Shown here piece by piece: positions 1-11,789 of a DNA stretch of 64,000 nt. The stretch covers positions 44,082 through 108,081 of the forward strand of contig JAAPAO010000042.1 of NCBI GenBank assembly GCA_013115145.1, read 5' to 3'. Within the stretch, counting starts at the first letter, position 1, and the number at the start of each line of letters is the position of its first letter. The position numbers were made by a program, and so were the translations under genes. The stretch is from Perkinsus chesapeaki ATCC PRA-425 (Eukaryota > Protista > Perkinsozoa). Below the pieces are notes generated by a model that was given only the letters and a program-made list of their open reading frames with translations, was not told the origin of the DNA and did not search any database.

Positions 1-647
1 GCCAACTGAGTTGTTCCAGGCAAGACCGAGCCATTCATTTATTAGCTGTTACCGTGCCGCCAAATCCTGCCTCAAACTCATCAGATGATGGGCTCTCGTT
101 TACCCGCCATCAGACACTTAAGCGATATAAGTGTGTAACAGCAAAACCTCAACAGTGCCATCGATTTTGCACACACTACCGAATTCCTCCGTCACCGCCG
201 CCTCCTATGCCCCAAATATAGCTCACCCAGGTGTGCGAAGCAGCAGCCTTACCGCGAAAAACCAGCAATGAATCTTTACAATGCCAAGCTTGCCAAGCCG
301 GTAATTACTTAGGACACATTGCTCTGCGCAAATTAGAGCCCACGAATCGGCATTGAGATCATGTGCCCCGGCCACACACCGCCAAGCTAAGACATTTTAG
401 CATTATTACAGTGTACCCTGTGCTACACTGCACGCATCAATAAGTGTGAGGTTTCCACAATAGATTGATGAGACTAACATTCCAATCTTTATCGGGGATC
501 GAATGGTTAATGGAGGCTAGGGTGGCGAGCACCCGACAAACAAATATCCCTCAGAGGTATCCAACTCTACATTGGGAAAACGTTCGATTTGGGCCAACTC
601 GGGGGGCCGGTGCAGCAATGATGTAATTCCTGCGTAGCTCCCCTTGC

Positions 648-1700
648 TTACCGAGTTAGAGGAATGGTAACCGAGGAGTTCTGAGATAACCATAAGTTGG
701 AAAAGTGTGTTGCATGAAGGCCAGCTGCATTTATAAGAACATCACATGACATGGTGTCCTCTCCATCATTTAGTGTTAATGTAAATGGAGGCTCACCGGA
801 TGAGGCAGCTTCCTCAGAATACGATACACCTGAGCAAATGCGACATAAAAAGTGAAAAGACAAAACATAACTCTGTAATTGTCTATCCTGCCTCCAGCTT
901 ACGGATAAATTCCAGCGTAGGCCCCCCCACAGTGTCAACGAAAGCGACTGCTAAGAGAGTCCCAAACCACCAAAACATCAATTGTGCCCGATATAGCGAC
1001 TTGGGGCACGAACGGCCCCTAGATTTGGCTTGGGTCACTCGCTGCTTTGACATGGATACCCAAACCGAAACCTCTTCCCGCTCAACTTTCGGAGGAAAAG
1101 AATACCTCGTCCAAGATTAACAATTCGGGCAATGAAAGCCACAAAGATATCTCAGTCAAACATATGTATCATTTAATTCTTACCAGTAACTTTATTGTCA
1201 GTTGCAATAATTGCTCCATGCTCCTCAGCATCATCCCTCAACGCTTCCATCACAGCATGGGAATCAAACACGGCTGTATGTGGGCTCCATAATGCTGAGA
1301 AATCCGAGGGTACCTAGTTGATCATTTCAAACGAACGAGCGGTATGAGACTGTACTCCATCGGGAAGGTCCTTCGACCAGTTCACATCCTTGGCGCCGTT
1401 CTCCTGTGCTTTATGAAGGAGTTCTTCAAGCTGAGTTTTGTCACGCGCCACGATATATTTGCCGCACTTGAGTGAAGTAATGCCGTGCTGTTCGATGAAT
1501 CTTTCCATGAGTTGAGCTCCTCTCACACATGTCTTGGCTTTGACGGAATCTTTCTTATAATAAATACCTAGGTTGACCTGTAAAATGCACGCTTGACATA
1601 AAGATACGACTACCTTGGTGAAGCACTTCGCTATTTCTGCTACTTGTTTCCTCGCCTATTCGTGAGTTTTTCTCAATGCATATAACCTAGAGAAAATCGA
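648..1700 (-). CDS. L2HGDH: L-2-hydroxyglutarate dehydrogenase-like FAD oxidoreductase (multi-exon; N- and C-terminal exons unresolved)
   Basis: Spliced minus-strand exons give VICIEKNSRIGEETSSRNSEVLHQ-GIYYKKDSVKAKTCVRGAQLMERF...KCGKYIVA, LWSPHTAVFDSHAVMEALRDDAEEHGA and CDVLINAAGLHA, all L2HGDH/LhgO family motifs. Confidence 0.85.
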
Positions 1701-1959
1701 CGTGAGCGCGCAGGACAATACCATGTCCAATTGTCCGACAACGTCTTGATCGTTTTTTTAATTCTGGAAAATTTTCTCGGGAAAAATACATTCACTGAAA
1801 TTCGACTTGATGATGGCGGCTGAATAACACCCGAGATGTGGTCAACACCACGGTGTTGATTCTGCTCGTTCTTATTCCTGAAACTTCGTACGAAACATTA
1901 CTGAAAACCAGTTTCTTCATAAACGGAGTAACACTATCACAGATAACCTTCATATAGCA

Positions 1960-2700
1960 ACTCTACTCGGAAAAAGTTTTCGTTGGAAAATCGATGAGAC
2001 ATGACCGACGGTCATGTCTCATTTCCACTCGGTGTACGGGGCGAGACGTTGCGCGTTCGGCCCCCACCCCCACAGTTCGCGCCGTGCGGGTAGGGGCCCG
2101 CCGGGCGCGCCACAATTGAGCAGGGTGCTGGCACCGATAGACCTTAACTACCAAAATGCGTTATCTGGCCTATTTTCGCAACTAACCGTTACATTTTCTT
2201 CAAACTTGGCACATCTATACATCTCCGAAAACGACCCGGATTCGCGCAAACGTGGTCCCCAGGAATACCCTACTTCACAAGTTATTCAAGCATTTACCAC
2301 CGGTGACGGCGTCACACCGCTCCGCCGGGAGACAGCTTCAGATTTCCACTTTTGGGCCCTGCGTCGCTCCGTCTCTCGCGCAGTTCAGGTTTCACGGCTT
2401 TTCCCCCGCGTCGCTCCGCCGACTGCGCATATCACATCTGCCATTTCCCGTCACCGACACGCCCGCGGCTCGGAGAGGGGCCCCCATTGTGGGGTCTCTG
2501 CGAGCCGCGGCACTGGACGACCGTCCGCAGTAGTTTATGTGGTAGTTCTTGTGGTTGTTGATGAGTTTTGCCGTCTGTCTCCTGCAGTGGGCGCATATGC
2601 CCAACAAACCCTCCGATTTTGCCTCTAGCGGCCTCAGGACGATCGGCTGCTAGGTCATTGACCGAGAGGAGTCGGCGAATTGCCACAGTACGAAAGCACT
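1960..2700. promoter_or_regulatory. GC/CpG-rich divergent intergenic region (putative bidirectional promoter)
   Basis: GC/CpG-rich island between the 5' end of the minus-strand oxidoreductase and the start of the plus-strand block; overlapping ORFs show no recognisable protein. Confidence 0.3.
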
Positions 2701-2738
2701 TGTTAGAAGGAAGGTCACAAACCTAGGCGTCGAAAATT

Positions 2739-5700
2739 TTGACAGTACTTTCCTGTAGAATTTCGTCACCAAAAAAGTCGACAGGAATTCCACGAAAATT
2801 TCCCACATTTTTCGGGGATATGTGGAGTTCCAAGGTTAGCCGAACACACCTCAGTAGCACTGCAACGAGCAAGAGCTCTGGTGATGGCCAATCCAACCAC
2901 TCCGGCACCAACAACAACACAGGTCTTATCGGCCATGATAAATCTGATAGAAAAATAGGAAAAAACTTATCTGCCATTCGATGATGTTGAGCAAATGAGA
3001 GGAATAGAGATTACTATTTCAGAGAAAGTATGCGGGCAAACAATTCAACGCTAGAAACGTATTCCGAAGTGAAAGTGCCAAAAAATGTATTTTCCAGCAG
3101 AAAAAAGCCGCAGGCAGGGATCGAACCTGCGGCCGATTTGGACGCAGTTTTAAAACATTTGGGAGACTTGGAAAATTTTGACATGAGTGAGCGAATGCCT
3201 CTCCCGTCTAATGCATTCAAGGTACCGGCTTTATTTTCGCAGTGTTTTCTGTAAAACGGTGCAGGAATGCCTATAAAGGAGGATCTGATGGAATATACAG
3301 ATTGAATGAGACTTAGGAATTATTAGTTTTACTATTTTTCAATCAGAAATGTCTCATCCATTTGGCTGGTCAACTAATGATGATAGTACTTCGGATGGAG
3401 AGGATAATGAAGAGGTCATAAAGAGGTGGATAGGTTGAATTATTATGATATTATTGAAATTCTCAAGATTATTAGTGATCGAGTATAGGGTACCAAATCG
3501 ATATTATTTTGTTTAATATGAGTTACGATACGATAATTATAAGGTAGTATTTACTATCAATAATATTGTTAATCCTAGCGGTTCTATGGGAGCATATAAC
3601 GATCTTCTCCCTTCAGCATTTCCAGCAATCACTTTCCCTGCAGTAGATGGAGGAAAATCTTGTGAGCTCACGAATGCCGTACGGGTCACTACGATACTGT
3701 CATCGGGGAAAACGGTTATTTTTATGGAATCACGCGATTGGATAATTCATAAGATATCTTTGGGTACAACTTTCGAGCTTATGTTTAGATTGACTGTTGT
3801 GACGACGCTATTATTGTTGGTAGAAAGACAGTTAATGGCGCTACGAAAAAGATGGGAGATCTAGCATGGAAGGTGAGAAGAATCTTCAGGTTAAACGCGC
3901 AAGAGGTAAAATAGGTTGGCTGCGTGTTTTCAGTTGGAGATTCTTGCTCGTAAGTGTGAACCAAAGCCGTGGTATCGTATATTAGCGGATGACCCAGGTG
4001 AGACCTATCTCCTCATTTATTAAATCAATACTGAATAAGTAAATGGTCTAATATGTGTATGCATTTCCTGGCACGTCACAAATGAATTATTAAAATATTT
4101 CGGGACGTTTCCCAAATTTTTGGACTCAATCTCGGAGGCTGTTGATGCCAGATTGTCATACTGATTAGTTTTATCGATAGTGGATACCACTCACTGATTA
4201 ATGTATATAAGAGGAGAAGTGCATATTGCTATACGTATGTCGTAATAGTGTAAAGTATACGTTTGCCTTTTTACACTTGTTACGATGTTACTGCTGTATT
4301 TTTACTTTTCCTTCAGATAGGCCTAAGACGCTGTATTGGTTGGAAAAAAGAGTTGTTATATTAGAAAAGGAATTGAGAGAAGTAAAACGATTGGGGGCCG
4401 GGGAGGTTGGAAACTTTAATATTGTTTATTCCGAGCAATCCTTATATAAAGAGGAATAAATATGAGCACGTAAAGACATTAGTGCGCAGCATGCTCAGGC
4501 GATGGTGGATGATTCTTTCAGGCATTGCTGACTCTTGAACGTACTTCACTTGAGAGTGGCGATTATCATGCGGAGTGTCTTCGTTATATAGCAAGGCTTG
4601 AAGATATGACTAACAAATACGAAGCTGCAATGAGAAAGGTGAGGTGGGCAAAATCTCTCGCGTTCATTTCCTATCGGCCTGTTTCGGCTGTTCTATGGCT
4701 GGTGAATTGTGCCCTATCTCGCTGGTGAGTCATACATAGCAACGGAACTAGCATTGATTGGGCTCATAGTTAAGAAGGATGAGTAATGGGTGAAATGTGA
4801 CAAGTTAAGGAGCCTTGGAGTACGTCGGTGAAGGCTGGTGATAGTAGACTACTCGATACCGTAAGGTCGATAAGTGCACTCCTATCTCCACATAATAGAT
4901 CATCTGTAAAAGATCTCATCTGGTATATTATCAAGATAGTAATAGTAACTTTCGCTGCCTAATTCTAGTAGCATATATGACTATTGTGCAATTTAATAAT
5001 ATATTTTATTACTTATATATTTCCATGGTATTTATAATATAGAGTTCTTTATATATATTAATTATGGGTATTTTACCTATTATAAATAAATAGTGATATC
5101 TAAATGCATATAAATAAGGATAAGGTCACGTGGCAGCTGTTCACTGGCTGAGGGATCGGTCAAGATGACGAAGGTGTGAACTATTTAGTCACTGTTCATA
5201 CAGTGGGTTTTGTTGCAAGTTATGAAAGAGATTTTTGAGCAAATAATAATGTGTGAATTAAAACGGATCTCCCTATATTCGAACCAGCGACCTTTCGGTT
5301 ACCTCAGGTGGCCTTCCTAGAAAATGCGTTGAAAGAATCCGAAGAACGTGGTCATCTGACTGAGGCGGAGCTGGCGTCACGGCGTCACGAAACTCGCGTT
5401 GCTGTCGAGACCCTCCAATTGGAAGTGCAACATCTCAGGTGATTAGTTGAGGAATTTTTGTCGGAAAATTTAGGAATTTTCAGGATTCATCGGGACAAAT
5501 TGGAAAAGTCACTTTACGAGTGTCGACAAATGATAAAGGAAATGAAGGAGGAAGCAGAAAGGATGATGGAGGTGGGAATTTTGTGGCGCGTGACGGTTTG
5601 TTAGGGCTGAATGGGACGTGGTGTTGATGTGGTACCGAGGCACAGAATTTTATGACTGTTCTTGAAATCTTCCCGGAATTTCGGAAATTTTGTAGATCTC

Positions 5701-8373
5701 TAGCGGCTCGTTTCTGAAACTATCTGATGAGTTTCCAGGAGCTTCGAGCGCCCCTTGAGTTCTGCTTTTCACAATCTGGCCGAATTGTGAAGGATGTGTC
5801 GGTATGGCTAGGTGATGGAAAATGATAGACTTGAAGGTGAAGCGCGAGAAGATCAATTAAAGCGTCATCTGAAGGCTACCACGGAGAGGCTGGCTCAGGT
5901 GAATGGGGAACTAGGACGCAGTTGGTGGGGCTTGAAGATGAGACATCTATCTTGAGGAGAATACATTAGGAATTCGGAGGTCTGGAGAAGGACGAAACGG
6001 TTGATCGATTTTGACTGTCATACGACAGTTATTATCATTTCACTCATGGCCATCTGTGTTATATTACTTGGTCGCCATCCATGAGTGTACATAGGATCGG
6101 CAAGCTAGTAGTGAAGAATTATGGATTGTCGGGAAGACGGTTGTGGTACAGCTGTTGGATACAAGTGGATAAAATATAGTGATTACTTAATTGTTGCTAT
6201 ATGTGGTAAATTGATCGATTTATCGCTGGCTGGCGGCCGCTGTTTGCAAAGATTCCGAGCTTTGCCGTGTGTGTACGACTTGATAATGCTACTAGTTGTG
6301 CGTGCATTAGGCATATTAAAGGGAGAAGATGATATCTGATGGTGGAGACCCGTATCTAAAGACGGCGCTTGCTGAACTTGGCATAGTTAAACGTGCCTCG
6401 TGATTTCAATTTTTACAGTTTTCGCGTGAAACTTCTGATGTATAGGATTTTACGTGATGACAATGCTTTAGTGGCATTAATAAAACCGTTTCTCGGAAAA
6501 ACGGACGAGCGAGATTTTTGTACCATATATGGCAACACTAGGGATATGTATATCTATTCATAATATTACTAGTATATCTAATATAATAAAGGATATCCGT
6601 ACTAATTATATATTTAATAATCAATAGACTATAAATAATATAAATCTATATTATAAATATAATTAAGGATATAGTAATTATGGTACAGGAATTAGAATTA
6701 ATAATCTCATAGAGACGAAGCTGCCGAGCATTCAAGAATTGTCGTATCAGGTTCGGGTTGAGAATAGGAAGTTGTTGGAATATATCAAGACCACTACAGA
6801 ACAGTAAAGCTGCTTGAGCGAGGAAGCTGAGAGAATCGGGGAAGTGTCGTCTTTTAGGTATATTAAAGATGGAAAGGAATGGAAGAAGATGCTGGGAAAG
6901 TTAAATCTGCAAGCGAAAGATTTCAAGTGCGTTGAGGAAATGCAAGTGAGGATAAGATTGCAAGTTTTTGCTATGGTAGTTCTGGTCGAGCAAAGACGGC
7001 GGAGTTAGTTAGGGAGTTGGAGATTGGCATTGAGAGACGGATGGAGGAATGGGTAAGAATGGCTAGAGGTGTCAGAATAATTATTATTACAGCGTGTGTA
7101 TTGGGGACATCTTCAAATGATCAAAACAACGTGTATGTATTTTTCCTGTCGGGAATTCCCCCATTTTTCCACCTCGTGGAGGTCGGTAAATTTGGCAGCA
7201 CTAGGGGAATCGACTGGGACATCCTACGTGATCGGAGAAATGTTAATTACACAGCGTAAAATCAAGTACTTACCTTTGATTACCGCGTATCTTAGGAGTA
7301 ACTGCGATTGGCTTTAGTTCCGTATTTAACCGTCTTACCTTTTTTGAGATGGCTACGATTACCATACGATATTGCTTCTCATTAGACTTGATTCAAGTCT
7401 AATAATTAATGCAATTTAAAAATCTATTTATTCAAGCAAATATCAAGTCACTTGATATCGGCAGTGTTATGGGCAATCAAAGATTTTCTAATAATGTTAC
7501 AGCACCCGCCATCTAAAGACCGTTGAACATTACACGAGCCTCATGCGTTCCATCTTCACAGTTTTCAATTGGCGTTTTAAATACATGGTTTTGCGTATGG
7601 TGAACGCATTAGCGGGGTGCATGGAACCGTTTCTGGAATAAACGGGCGAGCGAAAATTTTTTACTGCGAGGAAAATTTCATGAAAATTTCGCGAAATTTT
7701 TGACCTTGTATTTAGAGGGGAACTGAAGAAAGATTCCAAAGAGAGATCGAAGCGTCATATAGTGCACGTGATGAGATGATTGCCGAGGCAGCTGGGTGCA
7801 GAGTTAAGATGGAGGAAGTTGAGAAGGAAAGGAGAGATACTGGTGAGAAGTTGACCGACGATGGGCAAAGTGTTCGAGGAATTCTGGTATGAAAATCTAG
7901 CATCTCTGAGCGGTCTTTTTGAAGCATTTGTTAGCGGAGCTCGATTACATATCGTGAAAGGAAAATACTGTGTTAAATTGCTTCACTTCAAGCCTAGCAG
8001 ACACTCTATTATTCGATGAGAAGATGGAGTTCTTACCAGAACTTATTATCAAATTTCTGAATGCCGAAAATCTCCTCTTAAAATTCAAGTATATGCGGTT
8101 TTCGGTAGTAGAATTGACGTAGCTTCACTGCCGTACCAGTTGCGTTGGGAGTAGAGATAAACGGGCAGGAGCAACTCCGAATTATTTTGCGGATTTTTTC
8201 CGCGTTGCCGAAATTTCTCATTTCGCTGACAGAAATGGAGTCATATTCTCATAGAAATGGATTTGGCATCTATCAAGCTCGAGTTCGGTCGGCGAGAGCG
8301 GGAACTACTCGATGAACTTTCGACAGTCACCACTCAACTTGCTGACACTAAAGAGGAGCTGGCCCAAGCGTAA
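2739..8373 (+). CDS. Multi-exon coiled-coil protein (one or two genes, function unknown)
   Basis: AG/GT-bounded heptad-rich exons: LEKRVVILEKELREVKRL, VAFLENALKESEERGHLTEAELASRRHETRVAVETLQLEVQHL, EERFQREIEASYSARDEMIAEAAG, final MDLASIKLEFGRRERELLDELSTVTTQLADTKEELAQA-TAA (8371-8373). Confidence 0.55.
4960..5120. repeat. TA-rich low-complexity intronic tract
   Basis: Almost only A/T with TATA/ATAT runs. Confidence 0.7.
5265..5302 (-). pseudogene. tRNA 3'-half-like relic (B-box) in an intron
   Basis: Minus strand reads GTAACCGAAAGGTCGCTGGTTCGAATATAGGGAG then a T run; no 5' half. Confidence 0.3.
6348..6520 (+). repeat. Dispersed ~200-bp repeat, copy A
   Basis: Aligns by eye with 7504-7660: acccg-atctaaagac ... 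gcctc.tg..ttc.at.tt.acagttttc ... aaccgtttct..gaa.aaacgg.cgagcga. Confidence 0.65.
6530..6710. repeat. TA-rich low-complexity tract following repeat copy A
   Basis: Extremely A/T-rich TATA/AATA runs. Confidence 0.7.
7504..7703 (+). repeat. Dispersed ~200-bp repeat, copy B (longest)
   Basis: 5' part matches 6348-6520; 7663-7703 matches the reverse complement of 9218-9258 at 37/41 nt; internal hairpin CCGTTT-N7-AAACGG. Confidence 0.7.
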
Positions 8374-9134
8374 TCTTGAAATCTTGCCAAATCTTGCATT
8401 TCCTCAACGTTCAGTTTGGATACACTCAATTGTGTTGATGATAATGTTGAAGATGATTGTAACTATAATCTCGAATTTGGTGTGCCTGTGATTGGTCCAC
8501 GGAAGTTGCGAGGAGAAGTTCTGTGTGTCGGATGCAGGTGAGGAAAAATGTGAAAGAAGTGGAATTTGGAGGAGTATCTTTTGAATTTTCAACTCCTATT
8601 AGGATTTCTGGTCCGGCCATTTTTTATTTCATCACCTTTGTTTCTACAGTGCTCCAAATTAATCTGGCATAGCTGGCACGGGCGAATAACTCGCTTGCCT
8701 ATGTTGTCAATAGCTGCCATGAAACGGTCGAGAAATTCTGTGACAGAGGATGTAATATAGCTAAGCATGACATTATCCGATTTCATGGTTAAACTCGCTC
8801 TAGTCATTTCAAGGTTATACTCCGAATTAATTTGGAGCGATATATTCCCCTTGCATCCATCCCGTCTTATTGATGAGCTCAACGGCTTGCATCGCAATTC
8901 ATATTTTTGGGACCAAGTTGTTTTGAAATTCTGCAATCGCTCAAGACGTCCTTAGGTAGTATTGGCCTATCGCCGGGCGATAATCGCCCTGAGCCTGTGA
9001 AGCTCGCTTGCTGGTCACAAATGAGCCACTATCCCGTGTCGTCATTGCTCCGGTGTTGCCGTACTCGTTCAATCCTTACCCCCGACTGCGGCCCGTTGAG
9101 GTTCACTCCAATCGATGCCGAACGAAGAGTAAAA

Positions 9135-9215
9135 ATGCAGCTCCCTAGAATCGAACCGGCGTGGTCTTATCTTGAGCCTCGGATTGCACTCGGCAAAGAC
9201 AACTGATGCTTCAGG
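9135..9215 (-). pseudogene. Degenerate tRNA-like sequence with B-box and T-run
   Basis: Minus strand GCCGAGTG...GGCTCAAG...CGCCGGTTCGATTCTAGGGAGCTGCA-TTTTT; 9141-9161 matches 5269-5289 at 18/21. Confidence 0.3.
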
Positions 9216-9217
9216 GG

Positions 9218-9258
9218 TGAAAAATTTCGCAAACTTTTCATGAAATTTTACTCGCAGT
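9218..9258 (-). repeat. Inverted partial copy of the 3' end of repeat B
   Basis: Reverse complement ACTGCGAGTAAAATTTCATGAAAAGTTTGCGAAATTTTTCA versus 7663-7703, 37/41 identical. Confidence 0.75.
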
Positions 9259-9296
9259 GGGAAAAAGTAGTAGAAGTTTCGAAATAACATTTCTTC

Positions 9297-11560
9297 TTGA
9301 CAGGCTTTCTACGTGTTCCAATTTTCAGGAACCGTGTTGTGTTTGCTGGTTATGGTCCAAAGACGGGCGCGTTAAAAGTATCGTCTGCATTACCGCCACC
9401 GAAGCTCGATGAAGTTGTGGATGATTTTATGGCCGATTATACCGATGCAAAGAGAAGGGTTAAATTGAGGAGGAATATCGAAAGGGTTGGTTGTTATCGA
9501 TCAATCGGGCGCGCGCTTTTTACACCAAATCCGAATAGGCACACCGGGAAGCGGAGGGGAAGATAGGATCTCGAGGTGGCTCTGATGGGGAAAGAACGAG
9601 ACCGTCTACGAGGTGAGAGGGAAGGATTCGATAAGGCTTGGGTGATTGTATTTGTGTTAGGGAGACAGGTACCCCACAGAATTGCAGACGATTACAGAAG
9701 AGAGCGGTATGGGAATTAATGCATGCTGGAAGACCTTCGTCGAATTCTTCACGGTGTGAATTGCCCGTCTTATGGCGGAAATAATTTGCCTTATGTATCG
9801 AGTTGAGTAATTTCAATTGAAGATTTCCGTAGCGCGTGACTTTTGATGCCGCCTACGCCTTCGGGAGGGGAAGTTGGCAGCGGCGGGGGGCAACAGAAGG
9901 GTCAGCGATCGGGTCAGGTCTCTGGCGATCAGGTGCGAATGGGACACGACACAAAAAATCTGCACGCATACACAGGTACTTTCTTTCGACGTCATTGTAT
10001 CGAAATCAGTGACGGAAGCCGCGGAGTTCCTACGAACGGCCCAGATGGGAATAGACCGTCAGAAGGTTAGCGGAGCGAATCGATTCATGTTTACCGTTTT
10101 TGTTTTCTAGGAATATTTGGCGCAGCGCGAGGCTGAGCTTAAAAGGGGTGAGACTAGATTGTTGAGAGGACAGAGAAGATTGAAAATGCAAAAGAAAAAA
10201 CTACGGCGAATAATAAGAGGAATTGTAAGTGGATAGGAAAATCTACATAGTGCGAAAGATACGCGGATTTGTTCAAGTGCCGGATTTCGTACGGCATTTC
10301 GAGAAAATGAGAAAGACCTCTGAATGCGCGTGAGTGTTATTTTCTCACTCGTCACGAAATTGCATACAGTACGCGACATCTAGAGATGCGTGGTCTTTCA
10401 GCAATCGATTGGCATATCTCTCGATTCAAGTGGCTCTGAAAGGAGCGATTCATCAACAAGCAGCTCAGAGTCCACCGACGAGTTTGCTCGTAAACAGCAG
10501 AAGAAGCGCCCAGCTGGTCGGTCACGAACACCTGTGATGAACCGACGACCAACTAAGAAACGGAAAACGACAAACGAAACGACGGGAACAACAACTGACT
10601 CTAGGAAAACTGATAGCTCAGTTACAGCACCGGTGAGATGAATATATTGGTAATTCCGTGGCGCAGTGACGGTTTTAGGGACCATGCGAAGGTGAGGGGT
10701 CTCCGGGTGTGGTGGATCCGGCAGTGCAACAGGAAGAAAAAGAAGCGAAAGCGGCTGGCTCGTTCAACAGTGAAAATGGGAAGGTTTTTTGGAATAGGAG
10801 AAGTCGAGCCTGGATTGCAAGGTGAGGCAGTTAAGTGCACGCATGCACAAGAAGAGCATTACCAAGTCTACTCAGAAGGGTCTGATTCAATGTTGTCGAG
10901 GGTTTGTTGCCTCCTTCCGGTCCAGGAAAATATCTTCCTAGATCGGTTTGTGTTTTATAGTGGTATTTTTTGGTCCGGATATGTGAGGCTGAAAGAGTCC
11001 CATGGCCAGCGAGTCGTAGGGCAACACCAATGCTCCGAGAGGGAAGGCTTCCAATTCTTTATGGGAAAACAAATTCATGCAGAAAAATTAAGTACATCTT
11101 CGCATTGGGAACCTCTCGACGCTTGAAGAGCTGTTGATCAGTTGGAAGGATGAGGAAAGTGGCGGTTGGAGGACGAAGTCGTTTAATCCCCGAACAAAGT
11201 ATGACGGAAATGTCCAGTCGGCTCGAGACGATGCGATAGGTAGGTCCTTCTGAGATGGCGAGTTGCTGATTTAAGCGAGTAGTGTTCCTTACCGCGCGAC
11301 CGAAAGTGAAATCGCCGGCGTCGAGCGATCCGACAAAGAAGGAGGCATCCTCTGGTGGAGAGGACGACGAAGAACACGAGGGGGAAATTCAAACCGAGGT
11401 ATAATTATGTGGCGCAGTGACTATTGGCATGGTATCTTGCTCAGATGCTTAATGGCGAAGATGCCGAGGAAGGAGGTAAGATTACACTTGGTGGCATTTT
11501 TAGAATAATCGCTAGTGGTGGAATGAAGATTGCATCCGGGGAGGCGTTTTCTGGGTTCAC
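9297..11560 (+). CDS. ApiAP2-type transcription factor (single AP2 domain, Ser/Lys/acidic low-complexity flanks)
   Basis: Joining AG|GTGAG (intron start 10822) to CAG|T (11141) gives GKVFWNRRSRAWIASWKDEESGGWRTKSFNPRTKYDGNVQSARDDAI(VFLTAR), a complete AP2 three-strand-plus-helix pattern; NLS-like RRPTKKRK upstream; gene ends approximate. Confidence 0.75.
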
Positions 11561-11789
11561 AGATGAAGAATGGGCACATTAAACAAATACATAGGAAAGG
11601 CCCATTTAAACGGGACTTGAAGGGAAACTAACATTTCAAAGTATTTCCGATTTTACGATAGGAAATCAGAACTCGGTTGGCATTAAGCATGTACTCCAAT
11701 ACTGAAAAAAATTATTGTTGAGGGCCCACTCGAGCGTGCTTTGCAAGTTCTCGAAAATTTCTAATATTTCGTTCTGCATGCCGTTGCAG

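Noticed and set aside
2098-2112. GCCGGGCGCG resembling the 5' end of SRP (7SL) RNA
   Set aside because: Only ~10 nt in a GC-rich island, with no downstream SRP motifs
2014-2628. 204-aa ORF
   Set aside because: Arg/Pro/Ala composition typical of chance ORFs in GC-rich non-coding DNA
3105-3133. Hairpin GCCGCAGG...CCTGCGGC with a B-box-like loop and T run on the minus strand
   Set aside because: No tRNA 5' half, and it lies within a plausible plus-strand coding exon
7266-7277. ACTTACCT as a U1 snRNA 5' end
   Set aside because: Simply the complement of a splice-donor consensus, with no U1 body
8589-8955. Overlapping ORFs on both strands as a possible transposase or RT relic
   Set aside because: No DDE, RT or other recognisable motif
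7663-9258. Interpreting the 41-bp inverted pair as TIRs of one 1.6-kb DNA transposon
   Set aside because: The pair encloses the last exons of the coiled-coil gene, with no transposase or target-site duplication seen; kept as dispersed repeat copies
9900-9975. GHDTKN motif suggesting a decayed Gag zinc knuckle
   Set aside because: The cysteines are missing, and another frame gives a clean spliced exon of the AP2 gene
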